A stretch of DNA of 64,000 nucleotides, from positions 7,960 to 71,959 of the forward strand of contig JAYPIL010000001.1 in the NCBI GenBank assembly GCA_038127845.1, in the 5' to 3' direction. Below the pieces are notes generated by a model, which was not told the origin of the DNA, searched no databases, and saw nothing but the letters and a program-made list of their open reading frames with translations. Source of the stretch: Poseidonia sp. (GTDB lineage Archaea; Thermoplasmatota; Poseidoniia; Poseidoniales; Poseidoniaceae). Each line of letters starts with the position of its first letter. The first letter of the stretch is position 1. Both the position numbers and the translations under genes were made by a program. Positions 28,612 through 37,980 of this stretch are shown here, in pieces.

Positions 28612-29343
28612 ATGTCCAACAACGGTCCACGGGACGAGGTCTTCACCACGGTCCTTGTTAACGAAGCAGGTGAAGTGGCGGATTGGGACGCTCATCAACA
28701 ACGTTTGGAAGACCATGCAAACAGGTTACGCATCACCCTACCGAACGAACCTCCCGCGCTGAAACCAACCTTGCCAAATTGGCACTTGGCTCGTATCTCC
28801 TTCAGTAAAAACGGTATTTCGTGGAACGTCGAACATCGGAAGATGGGTTTCAGAAACGAAGCCATTGACGCCATTACACACCCAGCACCTCGGTGGAACG
28901 AACGAACCAACGGATGCAAACACGGCGACTGGTCGCCCTACAACGAAGCCAAAAAGGCAGCTGATCAGGCAGGTTGTGATGCAGCCCTCTTGGTCCACGA
29001 CCACTGCATCGTTGACGCCGACAGAGCAACACCGATGGTGCTGGATGAAGACGGAACGGTATGGATGGCGAGCGATACAGAGGGTGGCGTCAGCAGCATC
29101 ACAGCGAGTGTTCTCGAGCGTCATCTCCCGAACCTCGGATTTCCCATTGTGAAGGGAAAATTGAACGAACGCACGGTGGCGAGGTGTGCGGAATTCATTC
29201 TTGTCGGCACAGGCATGGGTGTGTGTCGGGTGGACTCGCTGGATGGTGAACCGCTCGGCCAAACGACGGTCCTCTCTCAGCGATGTCAAGAACTCCTTCA
29301 CGAACATTTTACCGAGAAGGCCACGTGGTCAAGACCGGGATGA
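28612..29343 (+). CDS. pabC: Class-IV aminotransferase-fold protein, probably aminodeoxychorismate lyase
   Basis: Class-IV PLP-fold landmarks 'KHGDWSPYNEA' and 'GCDAALLV'. It is immediately upstream of the pabB/pabA fusion, with a 3-nt spacer. Confidence 0.65.
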   Translation: MSNNGPRDEVFTTVLVNEAGEVADWDAHQQRLEDHANRLRITLPNEPPALKPTLPNWHLARISFSKNGISWNVEHRKMGFRNEAIDAITHPAPRWNERTNGCKHGDWSPYNEAKKAADQAGCDAALLVHDHCIVDADRATPMVLDEDGTVWMASDTEGGVSSITASVLERHLPNLGFPIVKGKLNERTVARCAEFILVGTGMGVCRVDSLDGEPLGQTTVLSQRCQELLHEHFTEKATWSRPG

Positions 29344-29346
29344 GCC

Positions 29347-31590
29347 GTGTCACATGACCTCACCGAGACGGCCCACCAACTGACAGACGCAGGTCTGCTC
29401 GGAAAACTTGCGTTGAGGTACGGCGCACCCGACACGTGCATGCTGATTTCGGGTGGTCCCCCTTCCCACCTCGCTGAGTGGTCCCTTCTCGCTGGACCGG
29501 CGACCAAACGGGTGGTGGTTCGCCAGCCATCGAGGGATTTGTTGCCCGCTGCAGAGGCCCATTCTCCGCTCAACGGGACGTTGCGGTTGGTCACCGACAC
29601 GCCGTTGCTGAAAGCCGAGGTGGAGGAATGGAAGCACGGTTCGTGGTACCATAGCGTGACACTTCGTGCGATGAATCTTGAGGATTTGATGGAGAAACTG
29701 AAGGCCGAAACTTCCACGCAACCCTTTGCAAAAACCCATGACAGTTCCTTTCCCAATCGCCCGTTTTGGAGTGGGGGATTGGCCTATGATTTGGTCCAAT
29801 GGACCCAACCGCTCCGCCTTCAACATCCACCAACAGAGGGAACGTTGCTGGCCGTGCTTTGGCTGATAACCAAAGGCGTGGTCCAGCATCATGCCACGGG
29901 AAATCTCACCGTCTTTGGGACCGACGAAACTTGGTGCCAGGACGCACAAAAGGCCATTCAAGAGCCGATGAAAACCCCCGGTCTTCCCGCTCCTACGCAG
30001 TCTCGTGAAGCGGTGACGCACACGGATGAAACGCATCAGGACAACATCGAAGCCGTTCGCCAAGGCATTACCAGGGGTCAAGTGTATCAGGTGAACATCG
30101 GCAAACATTGGCACGGTGAAATTGACCACCCCTACGACGTGTTCCGCCGATTGATGGCCATCAATCCAGCACCCTACGCTGCGTACATCGAAGCAGAAGA
30201 CATTGGATTTGCGCTGGCCAGTTCGTCACCGGAATCGCTGTTGGTTTGCGATGAAGAGCGGGTACGCACATCGCCAATCAAGGGAACATGCCCGCAAGGC
30301 CTTTCAGAGGAAGAAAGTGAACGCCTCCGCAAGGCCATGATCATGGATGAAAAAGAGCGGGCTGAACACCGAATGTTGGTTGATCTCATGCGCAACGACC
30401 TCACGCAATTTTGCAAGCCCGGAACCGTTGAGGTCGAACGCTTTGACGTGGAATCCTATGCCAACGTCCAACACCTTGTGAGTCACGTCACTGCTACCGT
30501 TGCTGATGATGCCAACGGCAACACGGCCCTTCAGTCAATTTTCCCCGGCGGTTCCATCACCGGTTGCCCCCGAACGGTGGTGTGTGCGGTCATTGACGAG
30601 TTGGAACAGATGCCCCGCTCATTTTGGACAGGTTCGGTAGGATACGTGGACGTTCACTCTGGAAAAAGTGCGTGGAACATTCTTATTCGTACGCTTGAGG
30701 CACATCGCAAGGGAACGACGTGGAAGGCATCGGTTGGAGCAGGCGGAGGCATTACCATCGCCTCACAGGCTGAGAAAGAAGTGGAGGAAGCGGCGTGGAA
30801 AGGAGCAGCGCTTCGCGTGGCTGCAGGTTGGATGCGAGAAGAACACCTGACCTTACCCACCGGCACCTTGAGCATCCACCCGGTCGATGCATCTTCTCCA
30901 CCACGACCAAGGCAACCTTGTGGATCGATACGCTCACTTGAATCGGTGTTGAAAGACGACGAGAATGCAGGGATTCTCTTCATCGATAACTTGGATTCGT
31001 TCTCGCTCAACATCGCCGATGCGATGGCACAGGCCGGCCACGATGTCACCGTCTTGGAAGGACGCTCCCCGAAAGCTCAGCGCTATCTTGACCCCGTGGC
31101 CTTGCACGGTTTGCTCGAACGACTCCAGCCATCCCACCTTGTTCTGGGACCGGGCCCGGGGCAACCAAGCGACTGCCCGTTGACGATGGCGCTGGCTCAC
31201 CACGCGCTTGCGGGTCAACTTGACATGCCCGTGCTGGGCATTTGTCTCGGTCATCAAGCTCTTGCAGAGGCCGATGGATGGGAGATTGCACGGTCCCCTT
31301 ACGGTCCCGTTCACGGTGTTCCAACAACCGTTGAGCACGACGGTACCGGGTTGTTTGAATCCATCAAGAGTCCGTCCATGTTGCTCACCCGTTACAATTC
31401 GCTGATCGCCGTCGCCAACGAAGGCCACGCGCTGATTGAAAATGCCACGGAAGCATCGACAGGATTGAACATGGGATTGCGCCATCCCAAACTGCCCGTT
31501 CACAGCCTGCAGGTTCATCCCGAATCCATCGGGTCGTTGGCCGGTTCAGCCCTCTTGGAGGCTTTTCTTGGAATTCAATCGGATGGTTGA
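29347..31590 (+). CDS. pabBA: Aminodeoxychorismate synthase. This is a fusion of the chorismate-binding component I (PabB, N-terminal) and a class-I glutamine amidotransferase (PabA, C-terminal).
   Basis: Chorismate-binding domain motifs 'SPIKGTCPQG' (the PabB-type PIKGT lysine rather than TrpE PIAGT), 'FPGGSITGCPR', and 'SFWTGSVGYVD'. The C-terminal GATase region has 'LGICLGHQAL' (catalytic Cys) and 'LQVHPES'. Confidence 0.85.
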   Translation: MSHDLTETAHQLTDAGLLGKLALRYGAPDTCMLISGGPPSHLAEWSLLAGPATKRVVVRQPSRDLLPAAEAHSPLNGTLRLVTDTPLLKAEVEEWKHGSWYHSVTLRAMNLEDLMEKLKAETSTQPFAKTHDSSFPNRPFWSGGLAYDLVQWTQPLRLQHPPTEGTLLAVLWLITKGVVQHHATGNLTVFGTDETWCQDAQKAIQEPMKTPGLPAPTQSREAVTHTDETHQDNIEAVRQGITRGQVYQVNIGKHWHGEIDHPYDVFRRLMAINPAPYAAYIEAEDIGFALASSSPESLLVCDEERVRTSPIKGTCPQGLSEEESERLRKAMIMDEKERAEHRMLVDLMRNDLTQFCKPGTVEVERFDVESYANVQHLVSHVTATVADDANGNTALQSIFPGGSITGCPRTVVCAVIDELEQMPRSFWTGSVGYVDVHSGKSAWNILIRTLEAHRKGTTWKASVGAGGGITIASQAEKEVEEAAWKGAALRVAAGWMREEHLTLPTGTLSIHPVDASSPPRPRQPCGSIRSLESVLKDDENAGILFIDNLDSFSLNIADAMAQAGHDVTVLEGRSPKAQRYLDPVALHGLLERLQPSHLVLGPGPGQPSDCPLTMALAHHALAGQLDMPVLGICLGHQALAEADGWEIARSPYGPVHGVPTTVEHDGTGLFESIKSPSMLLTRYNSLIAVANEGHALIENATEASTGLNMGLRHPKLPVHSLQVHPESIGSLAGSALLEAFLGIQSDG

Positions 31591-31626
31591 AGAATCCCTT
31601 GCCGCTGGCTTGGATGAGGAACCACC

Positions 31627-32013
31627 ATGCCGAACTGTCGTCACTGCGGAAGCACGTACCCACGTGAGTTCTTCATCCACGGAAACGGGCCCATGACGCA
31701 AGTCTGTGTTCGCTGCGGCGTCGACAAAGGCCTCGTCACGAAGGAAGAGGTCCCTGTCCTGTTTGACAAGAGCACTGCAAGTGCACGTTTCTCAACGGTT
31801 GCCCGTCGCTACAGCATCTTCCTCTATCTGCCGTTTCTCTGGATCCTGTGGGCTGCGACCCTGTCCGACGTTCAACCCTGGGGCCTCTTTTTCCTCGGCC
31901 TGCTCCTGCTGTTGACCTTGGCTGCACCCGTTCTCTTCATCTACCGCGGTGGACGATATTCTGGCGATATGGCACGTCTTTCGCCGGCTTACGACCGACC
32001 CAAAGGGCATTGA
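31627..32013 (+). CDS. Zinc-ribbon (CxxC..CxxC) protein with two TM helices
   Basis: N-terminal 'CRHCGS...CVRCG' followed by 'IFLYLPFLWILWAATL' and 'GLFFLGLLLLLTLAAPVLFIY'. Confidence 0.45.
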   Translation: MPNCRHCGSTYPREFFIHGNGPMTQVCVRCGVDKGLVTKEEVPVLFDKSTASARFSTVARRYSIFLYLPFLWILWAATLSDVQPWGLFFLGLLLLLTLAAPVLFIYRGGRYSGDMARLSPAYDRPKGH

Positions 32014-32021
32014 AGGCCCCG

Positions 32022-33326
32022 TCAGTTTTTAGCGTGAATTTTCAGCACATCGCCATCGGCAAGTTCGTGGTCGGCGCCAACAACACGGCGCGTTCGGCCA
32101 TCAACACCACGAATAAAGCCCTCTCCGAGGTCAGTATGGACCCGGCTCGCTAAGGCCTTGGCTTGAATGCCTTGCGGGACTACGAAGGCGTCCGGCAGGA
32201 CCCGTCCCTCGCCGTCGACCCAATGCGTTTCGTCTTGAACGGGATAGACCACGATGTGATTCAATTGGTCAAACAAAACGCCATCCATCAACGTGGCCAG
32301 TCCCGTACCGTCCTGTGCTTTGAGCCGTTGTTGCATGTGGTCGAGGGCCTTTTGCTGGGGTTCGCTCAACGATGCTGGGTCGTGCACCTCAAACGATGCA
32401 TCCCCAGAGCGGTATCGAATCAACCCCGATGCCTCGGCTCGCCGCAAAGCCAATTCCATGTCCGCCATGCAGGCGACCATGGTGTGGTTGGGAAACGATG
32501 TGACAACCCCTTTCGGCGCAATATCTGCCTTGTTGGCTGCGTAGACGATGGGGAACAACTGCAGACGCATGCTTTGACCCAACCGATGAAGAATGGCGGT
32601 ATCCCAATCCCAGGGTTGAAGGTCAGGGCTGTTGTTTTCGTTGAAATGCTGCATGCCTTGCAAAACCAGCGTGGGCGTTGCGCCCAGACCGCTTAGGCGC
32701 TCGTGGATGAAGGACATCAAGCCTTTCTCACCCTCAGCCTGAACACGACGAACACCACGATTCCATCCGTCTTCGAGTAAGCCCCCTATCCAAGCATCCA
32801 ACTCAAGTTCCAAGAAGGATATTTCCGCATTGACCGAATCGACGGCATCGTCAAGCGAGGCTGCAGTTCCGAGAAACTGCCCCTCGATATCGGTTGAGCC
32901 TGCTGCATCAACGACCTGTATGAGCACGTCGCAATTGGCTAAATCTGCTAAAAACGCGTTTCCTCGACCTCGCCCTTCACTGGCACCGGGGACGAGACCG
33001 GCCACATCAACAAGCGCAACGGGAACCAAACGTCGGTGACCAACACAGGTGCCCGTCCTCGGTTGACAGAGACTTCCTTGACGAGGGTCCTCGCTCGATG
33101 CAGCCTCAAGTCGCCCCTCTTCCTCCAACTTCTCCCGCAACGCCTTGCACGGGCAAGGCAGGCGCGCCTCAACAAAGGCCACGCCTACATTCGGGTCAAT
33201 CGTACAGAACGGATAGTTGGCGATGTCAACCTGAGCAAGGGTTGCTGCACTGAACAACGTGGACTTCCCAACGTTGGGTTTGCCCACCAGCCCAATGCGC
33301 ACCTGCATCACCCTTTGAGGGCTCAC
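32022..33326 (-). CDS. Obg-family P-loop GTPase, YchF/Ygr210-like, with C-terminal TGS-like domain
   Basis: G1 'GLVGKPNVGKSTLF', G3 'DVAGLV', G4 'NKAD'. A large insertion lies between G3 and G4. The C-terminus is 'GDVLKIHAK'. Confidence 0.85.
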   Translation of the reverse strand: MSPQRVMQVRIGLVGKPNVGKSTLFSAATLAQVDIANYPFCTIDPNVGVAFVEARLPCPCKALREKLEEEGRLEAASSEDPRQGSLCQPRTGTCVGHRRLVPVALVDVAGLVPGASEGRGRGNAFLADLANCDVLIQVVDAAGSTDIEGQFLGTAASLDDAVDSVNAEISFLELELDAWIGGLLEDGWNRGVRRVQAEGEKGLMSFIHERLSGLGATPTLVLQGMQHFNENNSPDLQPWDWDTAILHRLGQSMRLQLFPIVYAANKADIAPKGVVTSFPNHTMVACMADMELALRRAEASGLIRYRSGDASFEVHDPASLSEPQQKALDHMQQRLKAQDGTGLATLMDGVLFDQLNHIVVYPVQDETHWVDGEGRVLPDAFVVPQGIQAKALASRVHTDLGEGFIRGVDGRTRRVVGADHELADGDVLKIHAKN

Positions 33327-35308
33327 TCCTCTTCTTCAGAGCGTGTGATGTCGTGATCTCGCTTGATTTGAGCGATGGCGATATCAAGTTCGGGAAGGTT
33401 GAGTTCTCCATCCCCATCGAGGTCCATGCTCTCCACCAATTCAGCAGCTTCCAACGAAGAGAGAGCCGTGATGTCGGATGCTTCGAGAGCAGCGAGGAAT
33501 TCACGGCTGTCAATCTTGCCGGAATCGTCCAAGTCCATGCTTCGGAACAGCGTAAATACGGACTGATTGGTGTCAACAAGATACTGAACAAAGTCGATCA
33601 TGACCTGAGCGGTCGTGGTCGGGAATTCCGTGATTTCGTCGTTGTGAAGAGCGGCTTCAACGCCGATGATGGTGGAGCCACCCTCCTTCTCCTCTGCTTC
33701 GCTGACCACCAGTTCGGTGTCCACGCCGACGCCACGTCCGATGAGGGCTCGAATGGTGGTTGACGACCCAGCCACGAGCGTGTAGGTTGAGACATCCGAT
33801 TCATCGTTGGCTTCCAACGTGCGTCCTGAGGCGGAAATACCCGTGCGAATGGTCACCATCGTGGCCAGGATGGCCCCAATGCCAAGCAGATAGAAGAGGC
33901 CAGCACCGGTGAGGTAGAAACCGCCGTTGTTGGCAACGACGTCCTCAACCTCTGATGCGGCGACGGCGTTGAAGGTGAATTCGCCCGTGAGGAAGGTCAA
34001 GGTGGAGGCAACGCCGCCAACGACCACCATCCAAGCCGCCAACTTGGCCGTTGAGGGCGTCGCCAGAGGCTTGCCGATGGCAAGAGGATAGTTGGTGAAG
34101 ACGCCAGCGAGAATCAGCAGACCGCCCACGGTGAACATCATGCCCATGTCAATGGCGTGAGCCATGGAACCCAAGTCTCCGGTTCCAACAAACGTGTCCA
34201 TGGCGGTGAAGTAACCGCCAACGGCAAAGAAGGGAAGAACGAGGAAAGCCATGGTACCCGCCACGGCGCCGGGCTGTTTGACCACGGAACTCAGGCCGGA
34301 CGAGGCGGTCATCAGGAGATTGACGGAAGCAGCGAAAATGGGAAGAACACCCAACGTAAGCAGAATGGCTCCGAGGTTGGTCACGAAGTTGCTACTTGAA
34401 GCATCGGTCATGAAAAACGGTGGAATGGTCATGAACAACAACAGCATGCTTGCGGAGCGCATCGAACCTGACCAGATGGGTTGCTTCGACGCCATCGGTA
34501 TCACGTGGTAGCCAACGGCGAACATGAGGGCCAGAGGTACCCAGCCGAGGGCCACACGCTCGGCGAGCCAGACCGTTTGGGTGGATCCTGCGAGCTCGCC
34601 AAAGAACATGTAGACCATGGAGAGAATGTAAGCGGTGATTCCCATGATGAGGAACCAGGCACTGGTCTGCAATTCCTGTTCACCGCGTTGTGCCACGGTG
34701 ATGAGCACGTTGATGAGGATTGGAACGAGCAACAGGCCAACAGCCAACGTCTCGAGGCTGTAGAGTATCGTCGCTACGCCGCCGGTTTCCGTATCGATGT
34801 CAAGGAAGCCAAAGATGAACGGAAGGATGTAGGTTGCCAAGAGAATGACAGAAAGCAGCAAAGCGACCATGGAAGCGTTGGCCTCGCTGGCCAATCGTCC
34901 GTTGCCGTTGCGTGCGGCAGCGACCATACCACTCCCGATCAAACCGTAAAGCAAAGCGATGGAAAGGAAGTTGACGGTGGCGTCTCGAAGCGAAGACCCG
35001 TCGTCGTATGACCAGCCGACACTTGCGAGCGAGTCCAGTGCATTCGGGTCGTAGTTGTGCCAACCTGCAAGGAAACCAAGGATGGCAGCAAAAACAAACC
35101 ACAACATACCGAAATTCATCCAAGTTCGTGAACCGCTTCCGTCTTTGTCGTCAAAGATGTCAACAAGGCCTGGAGGGTTCTTGCGGAGAATGAACAAGCC
35201 GATTTGCTGCAGGGCACCGCCAACGGTTCCCACGCCTTTCGCAAGCGATTGAGAGAGAGCAAACAACACGGCTACCAGCACGCCGCCGGTCAAGAAAACG
35301 GTCTCCAT
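33323..35308 (-). CDS. Polytopic (about 12-14 TM) membrane protein with a C-terminal tandem EF-hand Ca2+-binding domain
   Basis: Many hydrophobic helices. The C-terminal 70 aa contain two canonical EF loops, 'DLDDSGKIDSRE' and 'DLDGDGELNLPE'. It lacks the conserved His residues of heme-copper oxidases. Confidence 0.7.
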   Translation of the reverse strand: METVFLTGGVLVAVLFALSQSLAKGVGTVGGALQQIGLFILRKNPPGLVDIFDDKDGSGSRTWMNFGMLWFVFAAILGFLAGWHNYDPNALDSLASVGWSYDDGSSLRDATVNFLSIALLYGLIGSGMVAAARNGNGRLASEANASMVALLLSVILLATYILPFIFGFLDIDTETGGVATILYSLETLAVGLLLVPILINVLITVAQRGEQELQTSAWFLIMGITAYILSMVYMFFGELAGSTQTVWLAERVALGWVPLALMFAVGYHVIPMASKQPIWSGSMRSASMLLLFMTIPPFFMTDASSSNFVTNLGAILLTLGVLPIFAASVNLLMTASSGLSSVVKQPGAVAGTMAFLVLPFFAVGGYFTAMDTFVGTGDLGSMAHAIDMGMMFTVGGLLILAGVFTNYPLAIGKPLATPSTAKLAAWMVVVGGVASTLTFLTGEFTFNAVAASEVEDVVANNGGFYLTGAGLFYLLGIGAILATMVTIRTGISASGRTLEANDESDVSTYTLVAGSSTTIRALIGRGVGVDTELVVSEAEEKEGGSTIIGVEAALHNDEITEFPTTTAQVMIDFVQYLVDTNQSVFTLFRSMDLDDSGKIDSREFLAALEASDITALSSLEAAELVESMDLDGDGELNLPELDIAIAQIKRDHDITRSEEEE

Positions 35309-35322
35309 ACATCACACCTCCA

Positions 35323-35595
35323 TCATTCGGCGAGGACCTCACCCACCAAGGTGGCAACAATCGCACCAACGCCAATCAAGAAGCCGATGAGGTAGTACCA
35401 AATGCCGCTCCCTCCAAGGTTCTGGACCAGCGGAACCAGTTCACCAAGAAGCGGAAGATTGTCCCAACCAAAAACGTTCGAGAACAGAGAATAGAGGCCG
35501 AGCAAGCCGACAAAGAACAACGTCAAGACAATTCGGCTGGCTGTTGGTTCGCCTGCGCCGACCGTCGTGTCGGGCAGACCTCGCGTGTTCGTCAT
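35323..35595 (-). CDS. Small 2-TM membrane protein. It sits immediately upstream of the EF-hand membrane protein on the same strand and is a possible subunit of it.
   Basis: 'IVLTLFFVGLLGLYSLF' and 'IWYYLIGFLIGVGAIVATLV'. There is a 14-nt spacer to the next gene. Confidence 0.4.
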   Translation of the reverse strand: MTNTRGLPDTTVGAGEPTASRIVLTLFFVGLLGLYSLFSNVFGWDNLPLLGELVPLVQNLGGSGIWYYLIGFLIGVGAIVATLVGEVLAE

Positions 35596-35703
35596 GCAGG
35601 GCACCTCAAATTGACCCCATAGGGGTCAAGCCTCCGACTTGACGGGCGGTGATAAACATTCACCACTGAAAATGACGAAAAATCACACCCTGCGAGGCGT
35701 TCT

Positions 35704-36879
35704 TCAAGGCGAGCGAAGGATTTCTGAAGCGCGTCCACGGCGAGGTTTTGAAACACCCAGCGGGAGGGGGAGTTGCCGTTCGAGCTCAATCTCTGTTCGC
35801 CACACCGATTGGCAGCCGCACGACAGTCCCTCAAATTCCAACAAACTTCCAGATACAGCGTAGCGTTCGATGGCGGCGACCACCTCGGCGTCGCATTGCC
35901 CGCAGTTGTGAGAACCGCGAATTTTCCCACCTGCTGTGGGATGAACGATCAGCCTCGAGACTTGGTCGTCATCACCGTTGACACCACCGTTCGGGTGAAT
36001 CACGGGATGTGCTCGTTGAATCATGTCAACCAACGACCACAACCATGGAGGGCGATACTCGTTGTGTCGGTGGAGGCGGTCGATGACCGTCCCCCGTTGA
36101 ATGTTCATCGGATTGACGGAAATTTCGTCCGACCGTTCAGCAATGGCTTCAATCCAGCGAACGCAGTGGTCCAAGGCATCGGCCTCGCTCATGAACGGGG
36201 GTTTGAACATCAAGTAGGTCTTGATTCGGAGATTGAAGGCCTGAAGATTGGTCACGGCGCGGTCCCAGGATGCAGTGGAGAATCCTTTGTTGACGTGGAA
36301 ACGGAGCACCTCATCGTCGTAGGCTTCCAAGCCGATGGCTACCGTGAACGACGGGTTGATTGAAGTGGCCCAACTCAGTTTTTCCTCCGTGAGCTGTTCA
36401 CATCGGCTCTCAACGATGAGTTCCTTACCGAGGTCGGCACAATCCCTGAGGACTGTTTCTTGGAATTCAACCGGAATTTCACGGTCTTCGAGCAGGCTAC
36501 CCGAGGTGTAGACTTTGACCATAGCCTGGTCGGTGAAATTGTCAAATTTCTCCTTGGCTGCAGCCCATTGTGCGTGCAAATCCTCGTTGGTGACGTCGTC
36601 TCGTGTGTCGTTGAAGTAGCCACAGAAGGTGCATCCGGACGACCACCACCAGTGGCACCCTTTGGTTCGCAAAATAACCGTGACAGCGGTGCACGGCGTT
36701 CCATCTGCAAGCACCTCCGGCGTGGTGTAGACCGTCGCCGGTTCGCTGGCATCCCAAGATTGCTGTTTGGCTTTCGCCCACGGCGTGTTCGCTGGGGCTT
36801 TGACCAAATCGTGAATTCGCAAACCCTTCTTCCCTTGACCGAGAAGAGAAATCGGGTCGGCTTGAGTCATGGGCATCAC
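35704..36879 (-). CDS. Radical-SAM-like Fe-S enzyme with an atypical Cys motif. This may be the archaeal TIGR01210/RaSEA-like family (low confidence on the family).
   Basis: Cluster motif 'GCHWWWSSGCTFCGY' (C-x7-C-x2-C), and a second Cys cluster near the C-terminus, 'CGQCD...CGC'. The 391-aa length fits a TIM-barrel radical-SAM core. Confidence 0.55.
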   Translation of the reverse strand: MMPMTQADPISLLGQGKKGLRIHDLVKAPANTPWAKAKQQSWDASEPATVYTTPEVLADGTPCTAVTVILRTKGCHWWWSSGCTFCGYFNDTRDDVTNEDLHAQWAAAKEKFDNFTDQAMVKVYTSGSLLEDREIPVEFQETVLRDCADLGKELIVESRCEQLTEEKLSWATSINPSFTVAIGLEAYDDEVLRFHVNKGFSTASWDRAVTNLQAFNLRIKTYLMFKPPFMSEADALDHCVRWIEAIAERSDEISVNPMNIQRGTVIDRLHRHNEYRPPWLWSLVDMIQRAHPVIHPNGGVNGDDDQVSRLIVHPTAGGKIRGSHNCGQCDAEVVAAIERYAVSGSLLEFEGLSCGCQSVWRTEIELERQLPLPLGVSKPRRGRASEILRSP

Positions 36880-36906
36880 CGCAAGGCTCCGTCAGCGTCT
36901 TCCGCT

Positions 36907-37980
36907 TCAAACCACCGCACCCGGCTTGCCGATGCTCTCTTCGAAGAAACCGACCATTCTGTCTCGGTATTCGTCAGGATGCGTGAGCATCGTGGTGATG
37001 TGCGAGAGAACGCCTTCTCGTCCTCGGTCGTTATGGGCAACGGCTGAGGATTCAAACCAACACTCCACCAAACCGTCTTCGCTTACACTTGCCTGTGCCG
37101 CTTCGCACATCGCTTTTCCGTGGTAGGTATTGATACGAACATCCTCGAGTGAATGAACGACGTAAACGGCACGATCACCCACCGTGTTCATTGCTTCAAT
37201 CGGTTCATATTTGACCAAATTGTCTCCAGACGAGACCTTTCCTGCAAAGAGGGCTGCATCCTTGAGAAAAGTTGGGAACCCAGCAAAAACGAGTTCCTCT
37301 TCAATTACATTGCCCATGGATGAATAAGGCGATTCAAGGAAAACGGATTGAAGCCTTGGTTCTTGTTCGAAAGCGATGGTGACTGCCCCTGCACCCATCG
37401 AAATACCAACAGCTCCGATGTGTTCGGGTTCAGCACCCTTTACGTCTTGGAGCCACTGCCAGACTGCCAAAACATCCCGGTGTTCTCGTTGACCTGCCGA
37501 TACCAAACCGTCTTCCATGGTGCTGTTCCCGTGATCGCGCATGTCGAACAAAATCACATTGTACCCAGACTGGTAAAGCCAAGCGGCAGGAATGAGGGCC
37601 TCGTGATTGGCTTTGCAGGACCGAATGCCGTGAACCACCATCACCCAGGGATCGTTGGTTCCGTGTTCCATTACCCACCCCGCGAGGGTGATCGATTCGT
37701 CGGGCACATCAATGGAAACGTTCTCCCATTGGTCAAACCAAAGCGGTTCGAGATTGGCGGCCAACGTCTCGTTCTTTTGATGCGTGACTGTGGTCACATC
37801 CTCGTGCCACAATTCAACGCTGAATTCATCGGGTGAATTGCGAGCAGAATGACCCGAACAATCCGGACTGTTGGCCGCTGCTTGGGTGTAGACGAGGTTG
37901 CCGGCTTGATAGTAAACAACAGGCATGCTTGCGATGAGCAGCACCAATAAGGCCGGCACGGTTCGTTTCCATCTGCTCAT
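36907..37980 (-). CDS. Secreted alpha/beta-hydrolase (esterase/peptidase-like)
   Basis: Signal peptide 'MSRWKRTVPALLVLLIASMP', nucleophile elbow 'GISMGAG' (GxSxG), and 'HSLED' near the C-terminus. Confidence 0.75.
   Translation of the reverse strand: MSRWKRTVPALLVLLIASMPVVYYQAGNLVYTQAAANSPDCSGHSARNSPDEFSVELWHEDVTTVTHQKNETLAANLEPLWFDQWENVSIDVPDESITLAGWVMEHGTNDPWVMVVHGIRSCKANHEALIPAAWLYQSGYNVILFDMRDHGNSTMEDGLVSAGQREHRDVLAVWQWLQDVKGAEPEHIGAVGISMGAGAVTIAFEQEPRLQSVFLESPYSSMGNVIEEELVFAGFPTFLKDAALFAGKVSSGDNLVKYEPIEAMNTVGDRAVYVVHSLEDVRINTYHGKAMCEAAQASVSEDGLVECWFESSAVAHNDRGREGVLSHITTMLTHPDEYRDRMVGFFEESIGKPGAVV

Noticed and set aside
33323-35308. Initial impression that the polytopic membrane protein plus small partner might be heme-copper oxidase subunits I/II
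   Set aside because: The six invariant His ligands of subunit I (helices II, VI, VII, X) and the 'GHPEVY' motif are absent. Only four His residues are present in total, and none falls in a TM pattern.
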